Positions 37,161 through 46,127 are shown, numbered from the stretch's first letter. The stretch is DNA of 64,000 bases from an uncultured Clostridia bacterium (GCA_944386735.1 CALXCH010000002.1:90-64089); one strand, 5' to 3'. The notes: generated from the letters alone by a model not told the origin. Numbers and translations: made by a program.

Positions 37161-38006
37161 TTGAATAAAAGTACTTGGGTCTATTTGAACACCATCTTTT
37201 AATATTTCAAAATGTAGGTGTGGTTCATCTGCAATCTCAAAAGTTGCAGTATTACCAACAGTACCGATGCTTTGTCCCTTTTCTACCTTTTCGCCTTCAA
37301 TTACAAACTCAGAACTTAAAAGGTTAGCATAAACAGTTTGATAACCATCATCATGTTCTATAATAATTGTTAAACCATATCTTGGATCGTTTTTAATAGT
37401 TTTTACAGTTCCAGCTTCTGCTGCTTTTACAACTGTAGTTTTATCAGCTTTTATATCTATTCCTAAATGCGTAGTCCATTCTTGTAAAGTTTCTGAATAG
37501 ACTAAATTATCCTTAGCAAATGCTTTCATAATTTCACCTTCAACAGGTCTTTCAAAAGATAATTCTTTTTTAGTTTCTTTGGCTTCTTCTTTTTTAGTTT
37601 CACTTTTTGCATTAGTTTGTGTGGCTTTATTGGTTTGTGTTGCTTTAGTCGTATTTGCTTGGTTTTGCGTATTTGTTGTTGTATTATTTGCAGCATTTGT
37701 ATTGCTTGTGTTATTTGTAGTCGCATTTTGAGCTTCATTTACAGATTTACCTATTTCTGTACTTACACTTTGTGTATTTGTATTAGTAGTATTTTCCGCA
37801 TTATTATTACTTGTTATATTTGCCATCTCCCCGAAATCAATTGCATTATCTTGCATTTCTTTATTTAAAGAACTACTATACATAAGTAAGCCAACTAAAA
37901 CAATAGTAAGAAACGCAACTCCTATAATTGAATACATTATAATTTTATTTTGCATAGCATCTTTATTATTATTTCTTGCCCTGTTATCTCTTCTCATATT
38001 TCTCAT
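37158..38006 (-). CDS. membrane-anchored M23/LytM peptidase, SpoIIQ-like
   Basis: N-terminal TM, an N/T-rich linker, and a LytM domain (GLTIIIEHDDGY, PHLHFE). It lies immediately downstream of spoIID, as spoIIQ does in Clostridioides difficile. The ATG at 38006 follows AAGGAGG. Confidence 0.6.
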   Translation of the reverse strand: MRNMRRDNRARNNNKDAMQNKIIMYSIIGVAFLTIVLVGLLMYSSSLNKEMQDNAIDFGEMANITSNNNAENTTNTNTQSVSTEIGKSVNEAQNATTNNTSNTNAANNTTTNTQNQANTTKATQTNKATQTNAKSETKKEEAKETKKELSFERPVEGEIMKAFAKDNLVYSETLQEWTTHLGIDIKADKTTVVKAAEAGTVKTIKNDPRYGLTIIIEHDDGYQTVYANLLSSEFVIEGEKVEKGQSIGTVGNTATFEIADEPHLHFEILKDGVQIDPSTFIQ

Positions 38007-38080
38007 ATTATCCTCCTTAAACTTTTTATTAATACAAGTATTTCCTATTTTGAAGAGATTATACATTTTTGGATTATTTT

Positions 38081-39097
38081 TTATAAAGAATTTATGTCCT
38101 GAATTTCTACACCAACATAAAAATGTTTAATTATATCTTCATAATTTTTACCCTCTTTTGCTAAAGTATCTGCTCCTGTTTGGCTCATTCCAACACCATG
38201 ACCATAGCCTTTAACTGCAAACTTTATATTACCATCTCCTCTTATTATTTCAAAATTAGTAGACTTTAAACCAAGTAAACTTCTAGTTTCTGTTCCTGAA
38301 AGTTCGTGATTTCCAAACTTTACTGTTTTTACTCTCCCACTATCAGTATAATCTAAAATTTTTAAGTCCTCATCATTATTAAAATCAATTGTAATATCTT
38401 CATATTTTGTTTTTAATTTTTCTATTAATTCATCTTTTGTAAATGTTGCTTCTGAACTATATTGAGCATATCCTTCTTCTCCTGCAGTTTCCACCACCTG
38501 TAAATAAGGATATTCTGTTCCACCACCCCAAACATTTACAGGAAGCTCTGTCGTACCTCCACTATTTGAGTGGAAAAACGCATTTATAGGCTTTCCTTCA
38601 TATGTAATAATTTTTCCTTTAGTTTCATTAACACTTTGTTCTATTTTTGCCCAATTACTTTCTCTTTTATCTTCATCCCATCTAGCTAATCTATCTTCTT
38701 TTGATATCCAAGCTTGGCAGCAAGATGAGTCATCACAAATATCTGCGTTATTATGTTTTTTGTTTTGTATTTTATAAATAGTATATGTTCTTGCAACAAC
38801 TGCTTGTGCTTTTAATGCCTCCATTTCAAAATCTACAGGCATTTCGCTTGATACCACATTACATAAATATGTATCTAGTGGAAGTTCTTCAACCTCTCCT
38901 GTACTTGTATGTAATAATTTTATTGTTCCATAATTTTTATAATCATATGTATTATTATTTATATTTTCTGTTTGTTCTGTATTTTCATTTGCATTATTTT
39001 CTGGAACTTTTGCTTCTACATCTTTTTTAGTAAGCATTGCTGGAAGTAAAAAGAAAACTAATAAAAATACCCAAAAATAGATAAAAACTTTTTTCAT
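38081..39097 (-). CDS. spoIID: stage II sporulation protein D (lytic transglycosylase)
   Basis: SpoIID/LytB domain motifs (LKAQAVVARTY, FHSNSGGTTE, GHGVGMSQTGA). Confidence 0.9.
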   Translation of the reverse strand: MKKVFIYFWVFLLVFFLLPAMLTKKDVEAKVPENNANENTEQTENINNNTYDYKNYGTIKLLHTSTGEVEELPLDTYLCNVVSSEMPVDFEMEALKAQAVVARTYTIYKIQNKKHNNADICDDSSCCQAWISKEDRLARWDEDKRESNWAKIEQSVNETKGKIITYEGKPINAFFHSNSGGTTELPVNVWGGGTEYPYLQVVETAGEEGYAQYSSEATFTKDELIEKLKTKYEDITIDFNNDEDLKILDYTDSGRVKTVKFGNHELSGTETRSLLGLKSTNFEIIRGDGNIKFAVKGYGHGVGMSQTGADTLAKEGKNYEDIIKHFYVGVEIQDINSL

Positions 39098-39132
39098 CCT
39101 ACCACTCCTAAAATTCCCCTCTATATATTATT

Positions 39133-39864
39133 TTATGAGCATAATTTGGTTTTCATACTATTTAAAACTTTTCTTTCTATCCTTGATACTTGTACTTGTG
39201 TTACTCCTAAGATTTCAGCTACTTGGCTCTGAGTCTTCTCTTTAAAAAATCTAAGTAATATAACTTTTTTATCTCTTTCATCTAAATCTTTTATTAGCTC
39301 ATTTATTACAATTTTATTAGTAAGGATTTCTTCTTCGTCTTTATCCGTAGATAATCTATCAATTAAATTAATGCTTTTTTCATTTTTAGAGTTATTATTA
39401 TTTGAACTTCCTTCAATAGACTCTGGTTTTCTTGTTGCCTCTATTGCTAAGACAATATCTTCTCTAGATACTTTTAATTCTTTTTCTATTTTTTCTATAC
39501 TTATATCTTCTCCTTTTTTGTAAAAATATTCTTTCTGCAATTCTCTTATTTTAATTCCTAATTCTTTTATACTTCTACTTACTTTAATTGGTCCATCATC
39601 TCGAATATACCTTTTTATTTCTCCTATCATATAAGGAACTGCATATGTTGAAAGTTTTACTTCAAAATTAGTATCAAATCTTTTTACAGACTTTATAAAT
39701 CCCATACATGCTATTTGGTATAAATCTTCTTTTTCATATCCTCTGCCTTGAAACCTTTTCACTATAGACCAAATAAGACCATTATTATTATTTATTAACT
39801 TTTCTAGCTCCTTACTATCTCCCCCTTGAGCTTTTTTTATGGATTCTTTATCATTTTCGTACAT
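39133..39864 (-). CDS. sigF: RNA polymerase sporulation sigma factor F
   Basis: Sigma-70 regions 2-4. Third gene after spoIIAA and spoIIAB. Confidence 0.9.
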   Translation of the reverse strand: MYENDKESIKKAQGGDSKELEKLINNNNGLIWSIVKRFQGRGYEKEDLYQIACMGFIKSVKRFDTNFEVKLSTYAVPYMIGEIKRYIRDDGPIKVSRSIKELGIKIRELQKEYFYKKGEDISIEKIEKELKVSREDIVLAIEATRKPESIEGSSNNNNSKNEKSINLIDRLSTDKDEEEILTNKIVINELIKDLDERDKKVILLRFFKEKTQSQVAEILGVTQVQVSRIERKVLNSMKTKLCS

Positions 39865-39881
39865 ATTCTCCTCTTTTCTTT

Positions 39882-40352
39882 CTAAGAATTTGTCATAAGC
39901 ATTTTAAATTCATCTTCATCTTTATCTTCTTTTGGTTTTATAACCTTAGACATAGTAACTTTTGTTCCTAAACCTACAACAGATTCCACCTCCATTTTAT
40001 CCATAAAGCTTTCCATTATAGTAAATCCCATTCCTGATCTTTCTAGATTAGGCTTTGTTGTATATAATGGTTCTTTTGCCATTTCTACATTTTCTATACC
40101 TTTCCCTTTATCAGAAATTTCTATTATAATTTCATTTTCTTTCAGCCAGCTTGAAATTTTAACAACTCCTTGTTTCTTATCATAACCATGAATAATACTA
40201 TTTGTAACTGCTTCTGATACAGCAGTTTTAATATCCGCAAGTTCCTCTATTGTAGGATCTAGTTGTGAAGCAAAAGCTGCAACGGCAATCCTTGCAAAAG
40301 CCTCATTTGAAGACTTACTAATAAATTCTAATTTCATCTCATTATTATACAT
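39882..40352 (-). CDS. spoIIAB: anti-sigma F factor (serine kinase) SpoIIAB
   Basis: GHKL kinase motifs ([30 protein letters not shown]). The ATG at 40352 follows GGAAGGAAAT. The track's 189-aa version reads through repeat DNA. Confidence 0.88.
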   Translation of the reverse strand: MYNNEMKLEFISKSSNEAFARIAVAAFASQLDPTIEELADIKTAVSEAVTNSIIHGYDKKQGVVKISSWLKENEIIIEISDKGKGIENVEMAKEPLYTTKPNLERSGMGFTIMESFMDKMEVESVVGLGTKVTMSKVIKPKEDKDEDEFKMLMTNS

Positions 40353-40369
40353 ATTTCCTTCCTTTCTTT

Positions 40370-40440
40370 GTCGCATTGGGGACGTTTCCTTTTGCGACAT
40401 TTTGTACTCATAGGAAATGTCCCTATGTGACATTTTATCG
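40370..40440 (-). repeat. H3 modular repeat, copy A, between spoIIAA and spoIIAB
   Basis: GTCGC-ATT-GGGGACGTTTCC-TTTT-GCGACA-TTTT-GTACTCA-TA-GGAAATGTCCC-TAT-GTGACA-TTTTAT. Confidence 0.9.
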
Positions 40441-40454
40441 TTTTGAAACACATC

Positions 40455-40769
40455 TTAATTCAATTCTACTGTTGGAATTAATTTTAATATCCCACTCATA
40501 TCAAAGATTCTCCTCACACTTCCAGTTAAATTGCTTACTCCTAGCTTTGCTCCTATCATATTTGCAAACTTATACCTTCCTATTACTAATCCTATTCCTG
40601 CGCTGTCCATGAAAGTAACACTATCAAAATCAAATACAACTTTTTTAGGCATATATCTTTCCATTTCATAATCCGCTTTCCTCCTTATCTCTTGTACACT
40701 ATGGTCGTCAATTTCAGACGTAACTTTTAGGACCAGCAGCTTGTCCTTTTCATAAAATTTTGACTCCAT
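40455..40769 (-). CDS. spoIIAA: anti-anti-sigma F factor SpoIIAA (STAS domain)
   Basis: STAS pattern with the phosphorylatable Ser context (FMDSAGIGLVIG). The ATG at 40769 follows GGAAGGAG. Confidence 0.88.
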   Translation of the reverse strand: MESKFYEKDKLLVLKVTSEIDDHSVQEIRRKADYEMERYMPKKVVFDFDSVTFMDSAGIGLVIGRYKFANMIGAKLGVSNLTGSVRRIFDMSGILKLIPTVELN

Positions 40770-40846
40770 ATAACTCCTTCCTTTCCAAAAATTTACATTA
40801 ATTATATTACTGTTTCCAATATTTTCCAAGAGTAAAAAATAAGAAG

Positions 40847-40878
40847 TTTTGTCGATTTATTAGAACTTTTCGACAAAA
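40847..40878. promoter_or_regulatory. inverted pair of Spo0A-box-like sequences upstream of spoIIAA
   Basis: TTTTGTCGA..N13..TTCGACAAAA. The minus strand reads TGTCGAA (the 0A-box consensus) about 100 nt upstream of the start. Confidence 0.5.
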
Positions 40879-41071
40879 CTTTTTCTTTACAAAATTATTC
40901 TTTTGATATTAAAACATACGATAAAATTTCAACTTTTAAATCTAATTTTGACGCTTACACAAGATGCAATGTTTGCATTATCTTCTTTTATAGTTTGACT
41001 CGAAAAAACACTTGCGTAATAAATATGCATGTAAATGTTATATCACAAATTTTTTATTTTGTTTTTTGAAT

Positions 41072-41102
41072 ACAAAATAGGGAGAGGTTTTATTCCTCTC
41101 CC
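41072..41102 (-). terminator. intrinsic terminator of the 131-aa orphan gene
   Basis: GGGAGAGG / CCTCTCCC stem followed by TATTTTG on the minus strand. Confidence 0.75.
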
Positions 41103-41135
41103 CCCTAAAACAAAGGCATTGCCTCTATTTTTTAG

Positions 41136-41531
41136 TTAGACTGTTTTCACCTTAATCGTCCTAGATTTTGGAATCTCATCTTCATTATAAAGAAGAATAC
41201 CATGGTTGAGATCAGATACTCGCGCTTGCCTCTCCAAATATTCAATCAACTTTTTGACCTCTTCCTTTCTATGAAAATATGAGTATTTTCCAATCACGAC
41301 TTGAATTGACTTGCTTTCGCAAAGATCTTTAAGAAATGGTTTGATATTATACCACCCATTATTATCTTTAAGTGCAACTACCAAATATTGAATACCCAAG
41401 CTATCATATCTTGGTCCACATAAACAAAACTCTTCTGTTTCTACTTCTATTTCAGGTTTACAAATTTTCATTCTCCAATCCTGAAATCTCCTTGCATCTG
41501 CATTTTCGATAATAAGTTGAATAGTAAACAT
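41136..41531 (-). CDS. hypothetical protein (131 aa), GC-elevated orphan cassette 1
   Basis: SD AGAAAGGAAAAG, own promoter and terminator, and elevated G+C. No family recognised. Confidence 0.6.
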   Translation of the reverse strand: MFTIQLIIENADARRFQDWRMKICKPEIEVETEEFCLCGPRYDSLGIQYLVVALKDNNGWYNIKPFLKDLCESKSIQVVIGKYSYFHRKEEVKKLIEYLERQARVSDLNHGILLYNEDEIPKSRTIKVKTV

Positions 41532-41589
41532 TTCTTTTCCTTTCTACTTAGTCTAACCTTTCTATCAATGCATAATCAATGCATGGTAA

Positions 41590-41620
41590 TATTATAGCAC
41601 ATTTTTCCAATTTTGTCATT
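41590..41620 (-). promoter_or_regulatory. promoter P1 of cassette 1
   Basis: Minus strand AATGACAAAATTGGAAAAATGTGCTATAATA (TGACAA, 16 nt, TATAAT with a TG extension). Near-identical to P2. Confidence 0.6.
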
Positions 41621-41642
41621 CTAATATTAAGGTTTTGCTTAA

Positions 41643-41674
41643 AGTAAAAGAGGCAGGATTTTACTCCTACCTCT
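41643..41674 (-). terminator. intrinsic terminator of the 147-aa orphan gene
   Basis: AGAGGTAGGA / TCCTGCCTCT stem with one G-U pair on the minus strand, followed by TTTTAC. Confidence 0.7.
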
Positions 41675-41686
41675 TTCCTCCCAAGA

Positions 41687-42130
41687 TTAATTACTCTTGG
41701 ACTTCGCGGCTCCGTCAATAACAACTTTTACTGTCTTTTTAATAGCAAAATATGTCATGCTCCCATTTTCGTTCTCGGTATCTTCAGGTGCCAAAATCTT
41801 CGACTCTCTACAAGTAATCTTGACAAGCCAAATCAAATGGTCAATAAGCTTTGAAAGCATTTCCCCATCAATTCCGAAATCCTTGTATGGCAAGACCAAA
41901 TCATACTTAGGTGCTTTGACTACTTCTTGGAACAAAGTCCCAATTTCGTCTGAAAGCTCAACTCTCTCTGTAAAATGGATTTGCCACTTGGAATAAGAGC
42001 ACGATGCCTTGGCATCAAGTATAAAACTTGGAGTCTCCACTCCACTTTCGGTATCCCTGAACTTCAGTACAGGAATATCACAGTTGCTACCAACAACATC
42101 CTCGAAAACAAGTTGAAACCTTGTAGCCAT
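41687..42130 (-). CDS. hypothetical protein (147 aa), GC-elevated orphan cassette 2
   Basis: SD GAGAAAGGA. My hand count of the first 100 nt gives about 40% G+C, against about 27% in the adjacent valS. No family recognised. Confidence 0.6.
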   Translation of the reverse strand: MATRFQLVFEDVVGSNCDIPVLKFRDTESGVETPSFILDAKASCSYSKWQIHFTERVELSDEIGTLFQEVVKAPKYDLVLPYKDFGIDGEMLSKLIDHLIWLVKITCRESKILAPEDTENENGSMTYFAIKKTVKVVIDGAAKSKSN

Positions 42131-42184
42131 TATAAATCCTTTCTCTTAGATGGGCTAGCCGCTGATACATTTGGTATCTATCTA

Positions 42185-42216
42185 CTATTATATCACAATT
42201 TTTCCAACTTGTCACT
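42185..42216 (-). promoter_or_regulatory. promoter P2 of cassette 2
   Basis: Minus strand AGTGACAAGTTGGAAAAATTGTGATATAATAGTAGATA, starting 6 nt after the valS stop. Confidence 0.6.
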
Positions 42217-42221
42217 TTATG

Positions 42222-44855
42222 TTACTTTAACTTTTCTACTACTTTTTCAAGCATTTCCTTATAATTCTTTAACTTTTCTTGTTCCTCTTCTACTTTAGCT
42301 TTGGGTGCTTTATTTATAAATCCTGGATTAGAAAGCATTTTTTCACATCTTGCAACCTCTCCTTCAAGTCTCTTCTTTTCTTCTTCTAATCTCTTCTTCT
42401 CTTCTTCTTTATCTATTAAACCTTCTAATGGCATATAAAGTTCAATTCCTTCTATAATTACATTAATACTATCTTCTGGAACATCTTTACTACTATTCTT
42501 TACTTCTAAAGAACTACCAAATGCTAATTTCAATAAAATATCTTCTAATTCTTTTATTTCCTTTTCATATCTATCTGTTACAAATATTAATTTAGATTTT
42601 TTACTTGGATGAATATTTTTAGTAGCTCTAATATTTCTAACTTCTACAATTAATTCTTTTACTTTTTCAACTGTTTCTTCTTCTTTTCCATAGTCTATAT
42701 CTTCTACTTCAGGCCAAGAAGATACCATTAAGTCTTTATCATCATATTTTACTAAACTCTCATATATTTTAGATGTAACAAATGGCATAAATGGATGTAA
42801 TAATTTTAAGCATGTTCTAAATACTTTATCAAGTACATATGATGTTTTTATTTTTTCTTCTTCTGTTCCATTATATAGACTTATTTTTGCCATTTCTATA
42901 TACCAATCACAAAATTCATTCCACATAAAGTTATAAATTTTATCAATTGCTACACCTAAATCGTATTTTTCTATATTATTTGTTATTTCTTTTACCAATT
43001 TATTTAGTTTATTTAATATCCATTTATCCTCTATTGATAATTTATCTGTATTTTCTCCTTTTGAAAATTCTATTATTTTTTCTTCATCTGGCCTATTCAT
43101 TATTATAAATTTAGCTGCATTCCAGATTTTATTTGCAAAATTAGATGCTTGGTCTAATTTTTCTGGCATATATCTAATATCATTTCCCATTGTAGTTCCA
43201 GATAATACTGAAAATCTTAATGCATCTGCTCCATATTTATCAATTACCTCTAATGGGTCAACACCATTTCCAAGTGTTTTTGACATCTTTCTTCCTTGGC
43301 TATCACGTACAATTCCATGTATTAAAACATCACTAAATGGTTTTTCATGCATTGCATAATATCCTGAAAATACCATTCTTGATACCCAGAAAGTTATAAT
43401 ATCATACGCTGTAACTAATACATTTGTTGGATAAAATGTTTTTAAATCTTCTGCATCTTTATTTGGCCAGCCAAGTGTTGAAAATGGCCATAATGCTGAA
43501 CTAAACCATGTATCTAATGTATCTGGATCTTGTTCTAAATTATTAGAACCACATTTTTCACATTTTTCTGGTTGTTTTTTTGCTACGTTAATATGCCCGC
43601 AATCTTTACAATAATATGCTGGTATTCTATGTCCCCACCACAATTGTCTTGAAATACACCAATCTTGAATATTATTCATCCAATTAAAATACATTTTCTC
43701 GTATTTTTTAGGAACAAATCTAACTTCGTCATTTTTTACAGCTTCAATTGCAGGTTGTACTAACTCTTTCATTCTAACAAACCATTGCTCTGATACTCTT
43801 GGTTCTATTTTTGTTTTACATCTTTCACATGTTCCTACATTATGAGTATAATCTTCTATAGATACTAATGCTCCTAATTCTTTTAACTTATCTACAATAA
43901 TTGGTCTTGCATCTATAGCAGTCATACCTTTTACTTCTGGCATTAAATCTCCCATTATTGTTTTACCATCAAATACTTCTATAAATTCTAAGTTATTTCT
44001 TTTTCCTGCTTCATAGTCATTTGGGTCATGGGCAGGTGTTATTTTAACACAACCTGTTCCAAACTCTTTATCTACGAATTCATCTGCAATAATTGGTATT
44101 TCCCTATTTACAATTGGTAGAATACAAGTTTTTCCAACTAAATCCTTATATCTTTCATCAGTAGGATTTACAGCAACAGCAGTATCTCCAAGCATTGTTT
44201 CAGGTCTTGTTGTTGCAACTTCTACGTACTTATCTTCACCTTTAATTTTGTATCTTAGATGCCATAAATGAGATGCTTCTTCTTTATATTCGACTTCTGC
44301 ATCTGAAATTGCTGTATTACAACTAGGGCACCAATTTACCATTCTTGTTCCTTTATAGATATATCCTTGATTATATAAATTAACAAATTCCTCTAAAACA
44401 GCATCTGATAAACCTTTATCTAATGTAAATCTACGTCTATCCCAATCACAAGAACATCCTAATTTTCTTTGTTGTTTTTGGATTTCTCCACCATAAAGAT
44501 GAGTCCAATCCCAACATTCTTCTAAGAATTTTTCTCTTCCTAAATCTTGTTTTGTTTTTCCTTCATTTCTTAGTTTTTGAACAACCTTCATTTCTGTTGA
44601 AATTGCTGCATGATCAGAACCTGGAAGCCATAGCGTATTATATCCTTGCATTCTTTTAAATCTAATTAATATATCTTGGATTGTACCATCTAGGGCATGT
44701 CCCATATGTAATTTTCCAGTTACATTTGGTGGTGGCATCATAATACAAAAACTTTCCTTTGTTTTATCCATACTTGGTTTAAAGTAACCTTTTTTCTCCC
44801 ATTCCTCATATAATTTATCTTCAAAATCTTTTGGATTATACTTATTTTCTAACAT
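42222..44855 (-). CDS. valS: valine--tRNA ligase
   Basis: 877 aa with class I HIGH (HMGHAL) and KMSKS (KMSKT) motifs, an editing domain and a C-terminal coiled coil. Confidence 0.95.
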   Translation of the reverse strand: MLENKYNPKDFEDKLYEEWEKKGYFKPSMDKTKESFCIMMPPPNVTGKLHMGHALDGTIQDILIRFKRMQGYNTLWLPGSDHAAISTEMKVVQKLRNEGKTKQDLGREKFLEECWDWTHLYGGEIQKQQRKLGCSCDWDRRRFTLDKGLSDAVLEEFVNLYNQGYIYKGTRMVNWCPSCNTAISDAEVEYKEEASHLWHLRYKIKGEDKYVEVATTRPETMLGDTAVAVNPTDERYKDLVGKTCILPIVNREIPIIADEFVDKEFGTGCVKITPAHDPNDYEAGKRNNLEFIEVFDGKTIMGDLMPEVKGMTAIDARPIIVDKLKELGALVSIEDYTHNVGTCERCKTKIEPRVSEQWFVRMKELVQPAIEAVKNDEVRFVPKKYEKMYFNWMNNIQDWCISRQLWWGHRIPAYYCKDCGHINVAKKQPEKCEKCGSNNLEQDPDTLDTWFSSALWPFSTLGWPNKDAEDLKTFYPTNVLVTAYDIITFWVSRMVFSGYYAMHEKPFSDVLIHGIVRDSQGRKMSKTLGNGVDPLEVIDKYGADALRFSVLSGTTMGNDIRYMPEKLDQASNFANKIWNAAKFIIMNRPDEEKIIEFSKGENTDKLSIEDKWILNKLNKLVKEITNNIEKYDLGVAIDKIYNFMWNEFCDWYIEMAKISLYNGTEEEKIKTSYVLDKVFRTCLKLLHPFMPFVTSKIYESLVKYDDKDLMVSSWPEVEDIDYGKEEETVEKVKELIVEVRNIRATKNIHPSKKSKLIFVTDRYEKEIKELEDILLKLAFGSSLEVKNSSKDVPEDSINVIIEGIELYMPLEGLIDKEEEKKRLEEEKKRLEGEVARCEKMLSNPGFINKAPKAKVEEEQEKLKNYKEMLEKVVEKLK

Positions 44856-44889
44856 AATATCCTCTCCTTCTTTATTTTTATTATTTTAT

Positions 44890-45744
44890 TCACTTATTAT
44901 TCTTACTGTTTTTTGACCCCGTCCCCAAAAACAGCATTTTATAACTACATTCAAATTCTTCATTTGGCTCTAATTTTAAAATATTTTCTTTTGATTCTAA
45001 CTTTCTATCTGTATTTACTTTATCTGCTGTATTCATCCACGGTTCAATGCAGACGAATGGTGCTCCTATTTTTGCCCACAGTCCTAAATATGGAAATCCT
45101 GTAAAATCAAACTCTAAAATAGTTTTTTCATTTTCTTTTAAATAAACTTTATTAGATTTTATATTTTTCATAATAATAGCATCATTTACAAAACTATCTT
45201 TATTTAAATTGATACAATTATTAGATAAAATATTTGGAGCTTCTTCTTCTAAAACTAAACCATCTTTTAAACTCATGAATTTTATATTATCTTCTTGCTT
45301 TTCAAATTCTATTTTATATTTTCCGCTTGAATAATCACATATAAATGCTGGATGACCACCTAAACCAAATATCATTTCTTTTTTATCTTTATTTACAACT
45401 TTATATTTAGTAGTCACTGTGTTTCTTTCTACTAAATGAGTTACATATAAACTAAATTCATATGGAAACTTTTCTAATGTTTCACTATTACTTTCTAAAA
45501 CATATTCATGTTTATTTTCACTTTTTTCTAATTCCTTAAATTCCATATCTCTTGCAAATCCATGTTGCCTCATATGATAAGCTTTTCCATCTATTATTGT
45601 TTCATCATTTTTCAGTCTTCCTACTATGGGAAACAATATTGGTGCATGTCTATTCCAATACTCTCCTTGATGCAATCTTTCTTTTCCATCAAGTTTTATG
45701 CTTGTTAGTTCTGCTCCTTCTTTTTTACTTTTGATTTCTAACAT
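44890..45744 (-). CDS. aldose 1-epimerase family protein (LacX-like)
   Basis: Family pattern APILFPIVGRL..HGFAR, GGHPAF and EPW. The last 15 codons or so are encoded by H2 repeat DNA. Confidence 0.8.
   Translation of the reverse strand: MLEIKSKKEGAELTSIKLDGKERLHQGEYWNRHAPILFPIVGRLKNDETIIDGKAYHMRQHGFARDMEFKELEKSENKHEYVLESNSETLEKFPYEFSLYVTHLVERNTVTTKYKVVNKDKKEMIFGLGGHPAFICDYSSGKYKIEFEKQEDNIKFMSLKDGLVLEEEAPNILSNNCINLNKDSFVNDAIIMKNIKSNKVYLKENEKTILEFDFTGFPYLGLWAKIGAPFVCIEPWMNTADKVNTDRKLESKENILKLEPNEEFECSYKMLFLGTGSKNSKNNK
44906..44934. repeat. H2 hairpin repeat, copy 2, inside the 3' end of the epimerase ORF
   Basis: CTGTTTTTT-GACCCCGTCCCC-AAAAACAG. It is translated as ..LFLGTGSKN.. in the annotated frame. 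Confidence 0.85.
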
Positions 45745-45796
45745 ACATTTCTCCTTTAACCTTTATTATTTCTATTTATTTTTTGTACCTTGTATT

Positions 45797-46045
45797 CAAA
45801 AAGCTCGCCCCTAAAATAAGGGCGAGCATATTTCTCACGGTACCACCTTAATTATTATCTTATAAACGTAAATAAAACTTATTAAAAAATATTATAATTT
45901 ATAAATAATATCTCAATTAACTTTTAACGGAGTTTACCCGAATATTCTTAAATCAAAGTTTCTCAGAATATTAACAAAAAAGCTACCTTCAATTTAACTA
46001 TATTTAAGAAGCTTCCAGCTTACAACTTCTATTCTCTAAAAACTA
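45797..46045 (-). promoter_or_regulatory. T-box leader (tRNA-sensing riboswitch), presumably Val-specific
   Basis: On the minus strand: AGAGA box, F-box CCGTTA, T-box AAGGTGGTACCGTGAG, then the terminator GCTCGCCC..GGGCGAGC followed by TTTTT. The candidate specifier context is GAAGGTAG. Confidence 0.85.
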
Positions 46046-46127
46046 GTATAAATCTACTCCTCTTTTTTATTGTTTTTTCTTATACATTAATATTATTACA
46101 CATTTTTACAGATTTTACAAGTATTTT

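Noticed and set aside
39882-40451. N-terminally extended versions of several track ORFs: SpoIIAB 189 aa, SpoIIAA 124 aa, PfkA 387 aa, FIST 405 aa, the M23 peptidase 302 aa, RqcH 576 aa and BI-1 243 aa.
   Set aside because: In each case an internal ATG is preceded at 5-9 nt by a strong GGAGG-type SD and gives an N-terminus matching the family norm. The upstream extensions read through intergenic or repeat DNA.
40376-40612. Plus-strand ORFs at 40376-40612 and 50325-50585 share the peptide GTFP(F/I)ATFC, which could suggest a small protein family.
   Set aside because: The shared peptide is simply the translation of the H3 repeat (GGGACGTTTCC..GCGACATTTTGT). The rest of each ORF is antisense to spoIIAA or pfkA, and neither has an SD.
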